Of a stretch of DNA of 64,000 nt, positions 35,815-44,483 are shown in pieces (the stretch's first letter is position 1; the number at the start of each line of letters is the position of its first letter). The notes under the pieces are model-generated. The model was given only the letters and a program-made list of their open reading frames with translations, was not told the DNA's origin and ran no database searches. The position numbers and the translations under genes are program-made. Source of the stretch: a virus; IMG/VR virus record IMGVR_UViG_3300046370_000202, one strand, 5' to 3'.

Positions 35815-38085
35815 TTATTGCGTCTCTAGCAGTTTTCGCAAAACTAAAAGACCACCTTCGCCCTGTTGTCCAGAAGAACCACCTACACCGGCGTTATCTT
35901 TATAGTAAGTGTTTGTTAAGTGTGTTGTGGTAGAAGCGCTTATTAGGTCAGGCGAAACATATCCAGATCCACCACCCGCTGCTTTAGGAATATCTACAGT
36001 AGGAGGTTGTATATCATTTGACACCCATTGATACATTGATCCGCCCCACAAACCGCGATCGCCTTTGACAAAATACATTATCACACCAGTGTTGATGGTG
36101 GGAGTATATACTGCTAGGTTGTCGTTTCCATATATGCTACAAGTAATGCTTCCAGTAAGGTATTGTTGGCTAACATTTTTAAGAATAGTATTAACGAAGA
36201 ACCACTCACTGTTATTGCTTTGATTAGTGTGAGCTACCCTCATTTGTCCCCAAGATTCTGTTCTTGTACTATTCGTAAGATTCGTACTGCCATCAGAACC
36301 CAAGTTGCCCCATGTACCAACAGAGAAGTTAAAGGTAGGATCATTGCATTCGACATCCAGTTTAAAGATTCCTCGAACTGTCCAACCATGTTTTACGGTA
36401 AATGTTCTGCCATGATGGGTTTGTGTTTCTGTGTATATTACACCGTCGTTACCATTCATATTTGCAAAACTAATATAAGAAGCCGAACTAGTTACAGGGT
36501 TGTAAATATAAAAATCTCCCCAATCATCAAACCAATCACCGCCCCAATCGCTCCACCTATACCTTGTTCCAGTAGGAGTTAGACCTCCATTCCAACCGCC
36601 ACTATGATATCCATTTTGAATTGTTCGAGGCGATTGGGCGGACATGTCCTTACTAGGAGTGCCTGTATATTGACTATACCCTTGACCACCTGTCAATCCT
36701 TTAGATTGTAAACTTGTACCATTTCCTTCTTTGACTGCAGCGCCACCGCCACCGTAGTAACCTCCGCCACCGCCAGATGATTCTTCGCTTCCGCGGCCAC
36801 CTTGTAGAGCAGAACCGGACAAAGCGGTTGGATCTCCAGCACCACCACCACTTACTTGTGTTCCACCAGCACCAATACCGCTGCTAGTTGTAGCCCAACC
36901 ACCATGACCTCCGGTTGCGCCACCACCACCGCCGCCAGCTGATTCTGCTGAACCACCACCGCCGCCGCCTGCAATAATTAATGATGAGGCCTGACTGACC
37001 GAATTTACAAATATGCCAGTATATCCACCACCACCAGCACCATCATTAACTTCAGTAGTGTTTTGTTCTGTTCTTCCTCCGCCGGTTGAATACGCACCAT
37101 ATGCGTCGTTAACTACTGGGCTCTGAGAACCTCCTTCACCACCGCCGCCAACAACTACGTGATATTCTACGTTTGGTTCAAACGTGTATACTCCGGTCGA
37201 GTATCCTCCTCGACCTCCTCGTTCGCTAGAAGACGATTTGCTTCCCCCAGCGCCAGCGCCCCATAAGTGCATCTCCATTACAGTCGGTTTATCAACTGTA
37301 AAACTTGTAGAGTGATATGCCATATCGGTTTCTGCGGCGCTCAGAGAGAAAGTTTCCCCTTCACCTACATTATGAGAAGATTCTAAACTGCCTGAGAATG
37401 AAATCTGAGTATACTTCATGAACAGACGTGATGTAGTTCCATAGATACCGGACATAGATCCTAGAACCACTTCATTGGCCCAGATACTGTCATTTGGTTC
37501 ACTAGATGGGAACAGCCTTGTTCCGCCAGTGACTTCGGTACCGTCTAGAGTTAGTTTAGAGGTCTCGCTGTAAATATCTGAGATAGATCCTAGAACCACT
37601 TCATTGGCCCAGATACTGTCATTTGGTTCACTAGATGGGAACAGCCTTGTTCCGCCAGTGACTTCGGTACCGTCTAGTAGAAGTTTAGATGTAGTTCCAT
37701 AGATACCGGACATAGATCCTAGAACTACGTCATTGGCCCAGATACTGTCATTTGGTTCTTCGGACGGGAACAGCCTTGTTCCGCCAGTAACTTCAGTACC
37801 GTCTAGTAGAAGTTTAGAGGTCTCGCTGTAAATATCTGAGATAGATCCTAGAACCACTTCATTGGCCCAGATACTGTCATTTGGTTCACTAGATGGGAAT
37901 AGAATTGTTCCACCAGTGACTTCGGTACCGTCTATAACTAGTTTAGATGTAGTTCCATAAATATTGGATATAGAACCAAGGACCACAGGGTGATCCCACT
38001 GTGGTGGACGGACTTCTTCGACACCGTCCGAAGTAAGAGCGACATTACCACTAAGTACTGCGCCCGTTTTTAGTATTAGTCCCAT
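35815..38085 (-). CDS. Glycine-rich fibre/decoration protein with 43-aa N-terminal repeats
   Basis: WGAGAGG...GGRGGY, IIAGGGGGG, GGGGYYGGGG and GGGSGY polyglycine-II type motifs. Confidence 0.75.
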   Translation of the reverse strand: MGLILKTGAVLSGNVALTSDGVEEVRPPQWDHPVVLGSISNIYGTTSKLVIDGTEVTGGTILFPSSEPNDSIWANEVVLGSISDIYSETSKLLLDGTEVTGGTRLFPSEEPNDSIWANDVVLGSMSGIYGTTSKLLLDGTEVTGGTRLFPSSEPNDSIWANEVVLGSISDIYSETSKLTLDGTEVTGGTRLFPSSEPNDSIWANEVVLGSMSGIYGTTSRLFMKYTQISFSGSLESSHNVGEGETFSLSAAETDMAYHSTSFTVDKPTVMEMHLWGAGAGGSKSSSSERGGRGGYSTGVYTFEPNVEYHVVVGGGGEGGSQSPVVNDAYGAYSTGGGRTEQNTTEVNDGAGGGGYTGIFVNSVSQASSLIIAGGGGGGSAESAGGGGGGATGGHGGWATTSSGIGAGGTQVSGGGAGDPTALSGSALQGGRGSEESSGGGGGYYGGGGAAVKEGNGTSLQSKGLTGGQGYSQYTGTPSKDMSAQSPRTIQNGYHSGGWNGGLTPTGTRYRWSDWGGDWFDDWGDFYIYNPVTSSASYISFANMNGNDGVIYTETQTHHGRTFTVKHGWTVRGIFKLDVECNDPTFNFSVGTWGNLGSDGSTNLTNSTRTESWGQMRVAHTNQSNNSEWFFVNTILKNVSQQYLTGSITCSIYGNDNLAVYTPTINTGVIMYFVKGDRGLWGGSMYQWVSNDIQPPTVDIPKAAGGGSGYVSPDLISASTTTHLTNTYYKDNAGVGGSSGQQGEGGLLVLRKLLETQ
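37430..37985. repeat. 129-bp tandem repeats (about 4.3 copies)
   Basis: tcattggcccagatactgtcatttggttc recurs at 37472, 37601, 37730 and 37859. Confidence 0.95.
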
Positions 38086-38088
38086 TAC

Positions 38089-38331
38089 TTAAACCTTTAT
38101 TGTGTTATCCTTACCGGATGATTTTTTTATGTTAGTTAAGTGATTTTCCCAATCCTTTCCAGCCATGGTCATTGCTGACTTGACACCAGAAACAATTTTG
38201 GGAGCAGAACCAGATGAGTGGTATCTTTCCCATTGCGGGTTATCTTTTTTCCACTCATCGTATTCGGAAATCCGGAGAGACATTTCCATGACCTCTCCGG
38301 TCTCCACATTTTTAAATTCATATTGAGGCAT
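38089..38331 (-). CDS. FmdB-like T4 hypothetical protein (cysteine-free)
   Basis: MPQYEFKNVETGEVME...EYDEWKKDNP...W...L..IKK. Confidence 0.7.
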   Translation of the reverse strand: MPQYEFKNVETGEVMEMSLRISEYDEWKKDNPQWERYHSSGSAPKIVSGVKSAMTMAGKDWENHLTNIKKSSGKDNTIKV

Positions 38332-38402
38332 TATTTATACATTCCAAATCTTTCAGTCACTACGACAAAGATCTCACACGTCTTTGAAGAGATGATCACC
38401 TC

Positions 38403-38558
38403 CTATCGAGAAAGTTGTTGAGTAGACGAATTACAATACAGTCTCGTTTGATAATACGTTAAATTACCTTGAGAGTATAGCGATTGTCGCCTTGCATCGT
38501 GAACGAACCTCTGAAGTTCGTTAATATCTTTGTTCAACTTTTCTTCTTGTCTCGACAT
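38403..38558 (-). CDS. 51-aa hypothetical protein (MSRQEEKLNKDINELQRF...)
   Basis: TAAGGAG SD; below the ORF-track cutoff. Confidence 0.5.
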   Translation of the reverse strand: MSRQEEKLNKDINELQRFVHDARRQSLYSQGNLTYYQTRLYCNSSTQQLSR

Positions 38559-38596
38559 AGGATTCTCCTTAGATTATAGTTTAATTGTCGAAAAGA

Positions 38597-39028
38597 TTAC
38601 TCGCGGATCAAATTTGGAAATGCCTCCTGTACAATTTTCTTGGTGATGTAACGGACAGGTGGTTTCTTTGCCACCATTTTTAAAACATACTCAGCATCCT
38701 CCGCGTGAACGGATTCTAGAAGCTGAATAAATTTATTCTCTCGTTTGTATGCGGGAAGCGTATCGCCTCGACCGCCTTCTACAAACCAACCAAACTCCTT
38801 GTGTTGTCTCAAAAGAGTAGACGGTGTAGATTTAGCTTTGTTTGGGGTAAAGGGGGGACGACCTTCGGGCAGATTAAACGTCAAGGAATCGTCAAACGTT
38901 CCGCGTAAAATATCCCGAAGGGCGCAGTTTTCTGTGTATTTTTTCAATACATCTAATCGATCTTCACGAGAGTCAGCTTTCTTGTACTCCTCAAAGATCT
39001 CAAAGACTTCTTTACGAATGGTGTTCAT
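38597..39028 (-). CDS. Conserved T4-like hypothetical protein
   Basis: FNLPEGRPPF...KRENKFIQLLESVHAEDA...ITKKIVQEAFP. Confidence 0.75.
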   Translation of the reverse strand: MNTIRKEVFEIFEEYKKADSREDRLDVLKKYTENCALRDILRGTFDDSLTFNLPEGRPPFTPNKAKSTPSTLLRQHKEFGWFVEGGRGDTLPAYKRENKFIQLLESVHAEDAEYVLKMVAKKPPVRYITKKIVQEAFPNLIRE

Positions 39029-39031
39029 ATC

Positions 39032-39301
39032 TTATGCCTTCTCAATTGGATAACAGACATAACGTTTTCTCTCAATGAGAATTTCTTGTTTCGTAGTACA
39101 TGCAAACAAGAACTGTCTTAGTCCGATATCATACCTAATGATTGTATTGCGATCTTGACCAACCTTTCTCTCTAATTGAGCGATGCGATTGTTCTTCTGA
39201 TCTAACACTTTTATATATTCATCTTGTATCTTAGCTGTGCCACCAATCCAGACCAAAGAGCACAGCAAGGCACTGAGTGCCGCTGTATATAAAGTGCGCA
39301 T
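39032..39301 (-). CDS. Signal-anchored coiled-coil protein
   Basis: N-terminal hydrophobic helix; late promoter at about 39326. Confidence 0.55.
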   Translation of the reverse strand: MRTLYTAALSALLCSLVWIGGTAKIQDEYIKVLDQKNNRIAQLERKVGQDRNTIIRYDIGLRQFLFACTTKQEILIERKRYVCYPIEKA

Positions 39302-39346
39302 TAGACTCTCTCCTTTGTCTATAATTATTTATAGACGGAGAGGGTT

Positions 39347-39547
39347 TCATTCGGGTAGTTTGTCCACCTTTTTCTTAATAAATGTACGACCCTTGGTTGA
39401 AAAGAGTCGCGACTTAAATGGAATGAACTTACCACCCAACTCTTTTTGGTATCCGTGTAGATAGGTGTTGCGTTCGGACGCATAATAAATGTAGTTGGAA
39501 GCTGCACCGCCCCAGTCCGTTGTTTCAATCAGTTGGTTGTACATCAT
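39347..39547 (-). CDS. Hypothetical protein
   Basis: ETTDW...NYIY...FSTKGRTF motif. Confidence 0.6.
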   Translation of the reverse strand: MMYNQLIETTDWGGAASNYIYYASERNTYLHGYQKELGGKFIPFKSRLFSTKGRTFIKKKVDKLPE

Positions 39548-39736
39548 TCATTTCCTTTATCAGTTCAATAGATTGAGAGAGACCATTGATCTCACCTTCA
39601 CACAACATCCAAGAAGTTTTACGAGTACTTATTCTGGTACTCACTAAAGTTTCTTGATTGACAATGTCGATTTGAGACTGAAAGTGTTTTACTTCTCTCA
39701 GTCTCTCCTCGAGTCGTGCCAGTAACAGATCTACGT

Positions 39737-40696
39737 TCACGCAGCGACTGCCATCTCGACTGCGAGTTCTGCAGCCTTCTTCTTCTTGACACCGTTGGCA
39801 CCGTACCATGCAGAAGTCATACGACCGTCAGCAGTACGACCCGCAACGTGGTCAGTTAAGTAGGTCACAGAGTTGAATGCTTGCCACCATGAACCGCGAC
39901 CGAACTCAGCGCCTGGTTGAGTCTCCAACAACTCGTACGCCTTTTTCGCGTTAGGTGCGAGATCTTTGTACTCACGTACCTCATCAGCAGGTGCCTGTGA
40001 TGGGAACAAAGTGTTGTAGTAGTTGATCAACGACTCTGCGGTGAACTGCTTAGAAGACAGGAACTGTGCCATCTCTTTGTACTGGTCAAACTTCTCGTGG
40101 GCAAGACCCAAGTGTTGCTTGACCATCTGTGGGTCAAACGCACGTCGGTGATTCACCTTGATTCCGTTGTTCGCAGAACCCTTGAGTGCAAGTGTCAGAG
40201 TGTTCATACAAGTCACACGGATCGGGGTGAATCGGATGTCAATAGACTTACCGTACTCGTGTGGGTTAGAGAACAGAAGGTATGAATCAACTTGATCGCC
40301 CTTCAACACGTCAAACGACTCCTTGATCTTCGCGAGTGCGTAGACGAACTTGCCATCTTTGAGTGAACCCGCAGAGTTCATCTCCATGTCACCAGCGGCA
40401 CAGTACTCGTTGAAGAATGTGAACGCCTCAAGGTTCTGACAGGGTTCCCAGTTACCACCAACTTGGGTCAATACCTTATTGTCAGATGAACGCACGAGGG
40501 CTTCCATACCAGTAGGGATCAGATCAACACCCTCTTTCGCGGCATAAGTAGGTACCTTCTCAACTTCCCAGTTGACGCCCGCCTTCTCCATCATCTGCAC
40601 TGGAGTCAAATCATTAGATACGTTAGTACCGATACCCCAAGGGCAGTTTCCAACAGTAGCTGATGTCTCAATTTGTAATACGTTATTCAAACTCAT
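39737..40696 (-). CDS. DUF932/DUF945-family phage protein
   Basis: PWGIG...AGVNWEV...AGSLKDGK...YLLFSNPH...FTPIRVTCMNTL...WQAFNSVTYLTDH. Confidence 0.85.
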   Translation of the reverse strand: MSLNNVLQIETSATVGNCPWGIGTNVSNDLTPVQMMEKAGVNWEVEKVPTYAAKEGVDLIPTGMEALVRSSDNKVLTQVGGNWEPCQNLEAFTFFNEYCAAGDMEMNSAGSLKDGKFVYALAKIKESFDVLKGDQVDSYLLFSNPHEYGKSIDIRFTPIRVTCMNTLTLALKGSANNGIKVNHRRAFDPQMVKQHLGLAHEKFDQYKEMAQFLSSKQFTAESLINYYNTLFPSQAPADEVREYKDLAPNAKKAYELLETQPGAEFGRGSWWQAFNSVTYLTDHVAGRTADGRMTSAWYGANGVKKKKAAELAVEMAVAA

Positions 40697-40698
40697 AA

Positions 40699-40908
40699 TT
40701 AAATATCCTCTGGTCGATAGGTTTCAAATAGTTCTTTGGCCTCGGCTTCAAGACCAAGTTCAGCGAGACGATCCATCGTCACACGAATGCGTTGGGACTC
40801 ATCGCGTCCCTTCACGTAGTAACGATTGTCGTCAGAAAAGTGATAGAACCAATCGTGGTTCTGGAGCATCTGTTCAAGAAGCTCTAACTGTACGTCGGTT
40901 TGACTCAT
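40699..40908 (-). CDS. Hypothetical protein
   Basis: HDWFYHFSDD motif. Confidence 0.65.
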   Translation of the reverse strand: MSQTDVQLELLEQMLQNHDWFYHFSDDNRYYVKGRDESQRIRVTMDRLAELGLEAEAKELFETYRPEDI

Positions 40909-41201
40909 TACGCAGCCTCCTTTCGTTCGCGAACGTCCAAGATCATGTCACGGACAATCTCACGGTCGATGCTGTCACCGTCAAAGTCAAAAGACGGACG
41001 ACCCTTGAATCGGTCGATCATACCTCCGCAAATCTCAGCGATAGTGAAGTCGTAACGGTAGATCGCGTCTTCACCGCAGTAGAACATCTGCATGTACTCG
41101 ATGAAGTCGAGGACCTCGGCAACGGTCATTTCTGGATCGTTGGGTCGGAATGCACATCGGTAGTACTCAGTAACAGCGTGGATTTCTAAAATGTCAGTCA
41201 T
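40908..41201 (-). CDS. Hypothetical early protein
   Basis: FDGDSIDREIVRD; downstream of a promoter cassette. Confidence 0.65.
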   Translation of the reverse strand: MTDILEIHAVTEYYRCAFRPNDPEMTVAEVLDFIEYMQMFYCGEDAIYRYDFTIAEICGGMIDRFKGRPSFDFDGDSIDREIVRDMILDVRERKEAA

Positions 41202-41237
41202 ATCAAATCTCTCTCTTGATCATCAAATTACGTGGTA

Positions 41238-41303
41238 ATTATAACACGATTTAAAAACATCTGTCAACACATTTTAAAAAAAAGTTAATGTTAATTTTAC
41301 ACA
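41238..41303 (-). promoter_or_regulatory. Early promoter cassette
   Basis: TTGACA-18-TATAAT with upstream TGTGTAAAATTAACA. Confidence 0.75.
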
Positions 41304-41307
41304 TTTT

Positions 41308-41490
41308 TTAGAAACGTCCGATCGGTTCAATTACGGCATCAACTATCTGGATTGTGTTGTTCTTCCAGTACTTGTCATACACCACGCTTTCAAATCGTTT
41401 CTGTGCAAGTTCAAAAGACTTGTAGTAAGCCGCATTGAACGTGCACCCCCTCTTGTCTGTTAGGACTATTTTGAATTTATTATTATGCAT
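41308..41490 (-). CDS. Hypothetical protein
   Basis: ORF track; AGGAG SD. Confidence 0.5.
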   Translation of the reverse strand: MHNNKFKIVLTDKRGCTFNAAYYKSFELAQKRFESVVYDKYWKNNTIQIVDAVIEPIGRF

Positions 41491-41498
41491 AACTCTCC

Positions 41499-42014
41499 TT
41501 ATGCCATCATTGCCTCAAGTTCGTCGAACTGTTCTTCGACACCATGCATGCCCATCTCTTTCTTGACGCGCCATTCCTCGCGGACAGCTTCGTCAAGGTT
41601 GGTAAGCGAACATGCGTCCTTACCCATAGAGTCCTGCTCCCAGCGACGGACACCGACAACCTCGTTTTCGAAGTTGAGCGCCTTCTGTTCGCAGTACAAC
41701 TGACCGAAGTCTACCGACGCGTAGATCGCGGACTCCCAGAACTCGATGTGGTCTTCCTCACGGAAGTCGATAAGATCGACAACCGACTCAGAAATGATGT
41801 ACTCCTCAGAGTACTCAGATGAGTGTTGAATAGATCGCTCAACGTCGACCCACCACTGAGTGTTGGCGACATCATCCGCCGACGCGTTGATGAAGTAGGT
41901 GTCGCCACCCTTAGACTTCCAGTGCTGAGGGCAGTAACCCTCACCGTTCCAATCGTGGGCACCGTAGTTCTCACGGAACTGAGTAGCGATAACAACAATG
42001 ATTGAATTAGACAT
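41499..42014 (-). CDS. Hypothetical protein
   Basis: TQFRENYGAHDWNGEGYCPQHWKSKGGDTY; start refined to MSNSII. Confidence 0.7.
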   Translation of the reverse strand: MSNSIIVVIATQFRENYGAHDWNGEGYCPQHWKSKGGDTYFINASADDVANTQWWVDVERSIQHSSEYSEEYIISESVVDLIDFREEDHIEFWESAIYASVDFGQLYCEQKALNFENEVVGVRRWEQDSMGKDACSLTNLDEAVREEWRVKKEMGMHGVEEQFDELEAMMA

Positions 42015-42033
42015 AATAAAGACCTCTAAAAAT

Positions 42034-42249
42034 TTAGGCGTAAAAATCGTTACGGAAGCGGCGAGTCTGAGATTCAGCCTTCGCAAGAAGTTCAGACCAA
42101 TCGCCAGTGTTCTCAGCGCGTTGAAGATCGCGATTCACCCAGCGACTCAAGTGTTGATTGGACTTCGCATCCATTGCAGTGTTACCTCTCGCGCCAGACT
42201 TCATTGTCCGCTGAAAGGGTTGATTGTTCAACTGATAAAAACCTGACAT
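42034..42249 (-). CDS. Hypothetical early protein
   Basis: GAGGAG SD; downstream of a promoter cassette. Confidence 0.6.
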   Translation of the reverse strand: MSGFYQLNNQPFQRTMKSGARGNTAMDAKSNQHLSRWVNRDLQRAENTGDWSELLAKAESQTRRFRNDFYA

Positions 42250-42279
42250 AACTTATCTCCTCATCACTTTACAAATACC

Positions 42280-42342
42280 ATTATACACGTTTTTGAAAGA
42301 AAGTCAACACTTTTTTAAAACTTTTTTATGTTAATTTTCACA
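42280..42342 (-). promoter_or_regulatory. Early promoter cassette (family A)
   Basis: TTGACT-16-TATAAT; upstream ttaacataaaaaagttttaaaaaagtgttgac identical to the 17597-17660 copy. Confidence 0.85.
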
Positions 42343-42629
42343 CTCAAGTATAAAGTAAACCATAACCCATCATAAATCCAAGAGCCATACCCATACTAAC
42401 TAGAATCAAGTAAGCAACGAAACCGCCATTACTAATCTCTGGTTCTTTGTTTCTCTCGCGACGAACAAAATCTCTATACGGACTCATACTGCCTTCTCCA
42501 GCTTCTCGATTTGGGTTTGAAGCGCGGCAATACGCGCCTCAACACGTGCGTTGTCTTCGGGAGACAACTCCCCACGTACCTCACAGAGGCACATCAACTC
42601 GTTATAAAGATTACCTACTACTGCATCCA

Positions 42630-42815
42630 TTACACAATCTCCGAAATACTAATGAACCCATACTGGGGGTTGTTGAACATGTTGTCAAACATACCGACTT
42701 CGTCAAAACCAAACAACGACAAAGCGGTGCTAACGTCACCTTTCTCGAACACGACCATCTCGTGGCCCGAAGGAATTGAACCTACAAACTCATTAATGTT
42801 TTCAATCAAAATCAT
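42630..42815 (-). CDS. Hypothetical early protein
   Basis: Directly downstream of a promoter cassette. Confidence 0.55.
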   Translation of the reverse strand: MILIENINEFVGSIPSGHEMVVFEKGDVSTALSLFGFDEVGMFDNMFNNPQYGFISISEIV

Positions 42816-42850
42816 TACAATCTCACTCTCTATCTCAACTTTATGTAACC

Positions 42851-42904
42851 ATTATAGTACATGTTTCGAAAAGACGCAAGAGTTATTTGTGGTAATTTGT
42901 CACA
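42851..42904 (-). promoter_or_regulatory. Early promoter cassette (family B)
   Basis: TTGCGT-17-TATAAT; near-identical to 19419-19472. Confidence 0.8.
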
Positions 42905-42905
42905 T

Positions 42906-43319
42906 TTATTGGGGGAGATGTTTGGCGTGGATTTTACAACCGATGAACGCGTTGTAGTAGTCGTCTCTCAGGAGTACGTCGTACTCGAACTGGAGTTTTG
43001 CTTCGTAGTAGGAACACTCGCCTTTGGTTCGGCAGAGCTTGAGGATTTCTCGTTTGTAGTTATCGGCGCCGCGTTGCGCGACTGCCTCTTTTAGATCTTG
43101 GCTTGATCCGTAGTACCTGGGCCAGTCAGACTCTACTCGCGTCTTTACTTTACGCTTTCGAGTCTTAGTCACTGGCAGTGTTTTAGGTTTCCAAAAAAAC
43201 TTTTTTCCGATATACTTCATGCCCGTGTCGAGCTCAGTAATCAGATACACAAACCCCTGATAGTCTTCAAGAAATCCATCTTCGGGTTCAAATGTGGTGT
43301 CTTCATATAACCAATCCAT
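42906..43319 (-). CDS. GIY-YIG-like endonuclease
   Basis: GFVYLITELDTGMKYIGKK...YYGSS...REIL...E...YYN. Confidence 0.8.
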   Translation of the reverse strand: MDWLYEDTTFEPEDGFLEDYQGFVYLITELDTGMKYIGKKFFWKPKTLPVTKTRKRKVKTRVESDWPRYYGSSQDLKEAVAQRGADNYKREILKLCRTKGECSYYEAKLQFEYDVLLRDDYYNAFIGCKIHAKHLPQ

Positions 43320-43343
43320 GAACCTATGTATAGGTCTGGTAAG

Positions 43344-43484
43344 TTATTCATCATCGGATGATATTTCCGATTCGACATCTGCACCACACATAGGACAATG
43401 CCTAGGCATTTCATCCTCGTATGGCACACGTACCACAGTGTGTATGTCACAAATCGGGCACTCGATAGTATATTCGGTGTCCAT
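43344..43484 (-). CDS. 46-aa zinc-ribbon protein
   Basis: ECPICD...HCPMCG; coupled to the nrdB stop codon; below the ORF-track cutoff. Confidence 0.7.
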   Translation of the reverse strand: MDTEYTIECPICDIHTVVRVPYEDEMPRHCPMCGADVESEISSDDE

Positions 43485-44458
43485 CACGCTACCTCTAATT
43501 CTATATCCTCCCAACCGAAGTCTTCACCTTCCATACCCGCAACAGAGTATTCTGTTACACGTTTTTCAAAGAAGTTGTCATGTGACGCTCCATTGAGCAC
43601 CCAATCTAACCACGGCAATGGGTTTTTCTTTTGGTTGAATAACGGCTTCATTCCTAACTGAAGTAGACGACGGTCAGCAATGTGACGTATGTAGTCGCGG
43701 ACTTCTTTCTTTGTTAGGCCTTGAACATCGTTACCTTTAAATGCAAGTTGAATGAACTTCTCTTCCAACCTGACAGCATTCTCAGCCATAGAATAAATCT
43801 TTGACTTGAGTTCGTCGTTCACGATGCGAGGATGTTCCTCACAAAACTCACGGAACAACTTTGAGTTACCTTGTACGTGAATGGTCTCATCACGGATGGA
43901 CCACTCTACGATTGTCGCCATACCCTTCATCTTACCGAACCTCTGGAAGTTCAGTAGCATGACAAACGATGCGAAGACAGACATGCCTTCGTTGAACACT
44001 GACTGCGCTAACGCGAGTGCAAGTCCGGTGTGAGAGTTCGTTTCACCCTCTTTCATAAAATCAATCTTGTCTGCCATCTCCTTGTACTCTAGGAACTTGT
44101 GAAAGTCTTCGTCTGGCAGACCAAGTGTATCATTGAGAAGTGCGTACGCACGTTGGTGTACTGCTTCTCTTGCCGCAAACGATGACAACATGTTGCGGAC
44201 TTCGTTGTTCTTGAACTTTGGTATCAACAGTTCGTGGTAGTTCTCCCCTACCTGTACATCTGACTGCGTGAATAGTCGCAGTACATGAGTAATAAATTCT
44301 TTCTCTGACTCAGACAGTTTGGTCTTCCAATCTTGTACATCTTCTGACAATTCTGCTTCATCTTCAATCCAGTGTATTTCCTCGTGTTTTTTTGATAGTT
44401 CAACCGCCCAAGGATACTTGAACGGTTTGTATGTTTCGGACGTTTTTAGTAATGACAT
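43484..44458 (-). CDS. nrdB: Ribonucleotide reductase class Ia beta subunit
   Basis: YKPFKYPWA...HW...FTQSD...EAVHQRAY...EG...WSIRDETIH...NFFEKRVTEY. Confidence 0.96.
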   Translation of the reverse strand: MSLLKTSETYKPFKYPWAVELSKKHEEIHWIEDEAELSEDVQDWKTKLSESEKEFITHVLRLFTQSDVQVGENYHELLIPKFKNNEVRNMLSSFAAREAVHQRAYALLNDTLGLPDEDFHKFLEYKEMADKIDFMKEGETNSHTGLALALAQSVFNEGMSVFASFVMLLNFQRFGKMKGMATIVEWSIRDETIHVQGNSKLFREFCEEHPRIVNDELKSKIYSMAENAVRLEEKFIQLAFKGNDVQGLTKKEVRDYIRHIADRRLLQLGMKPLFNQKKNPLPWLDWVLNGASHDNFFEKRVTEYSVAGMEGEDFGWEDIELEVA

Positions 44459-44483
44459 ACTAATCCTTTATTTGAATTGTTTA

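Noticed and set aside
37430-37985. CRISPR array or diversity-generating retroelement
   Set aside because: Repeats are in-frame coding units without unique spacers; differences are not adenine-specific and no reverse transcriptase is present in the window.
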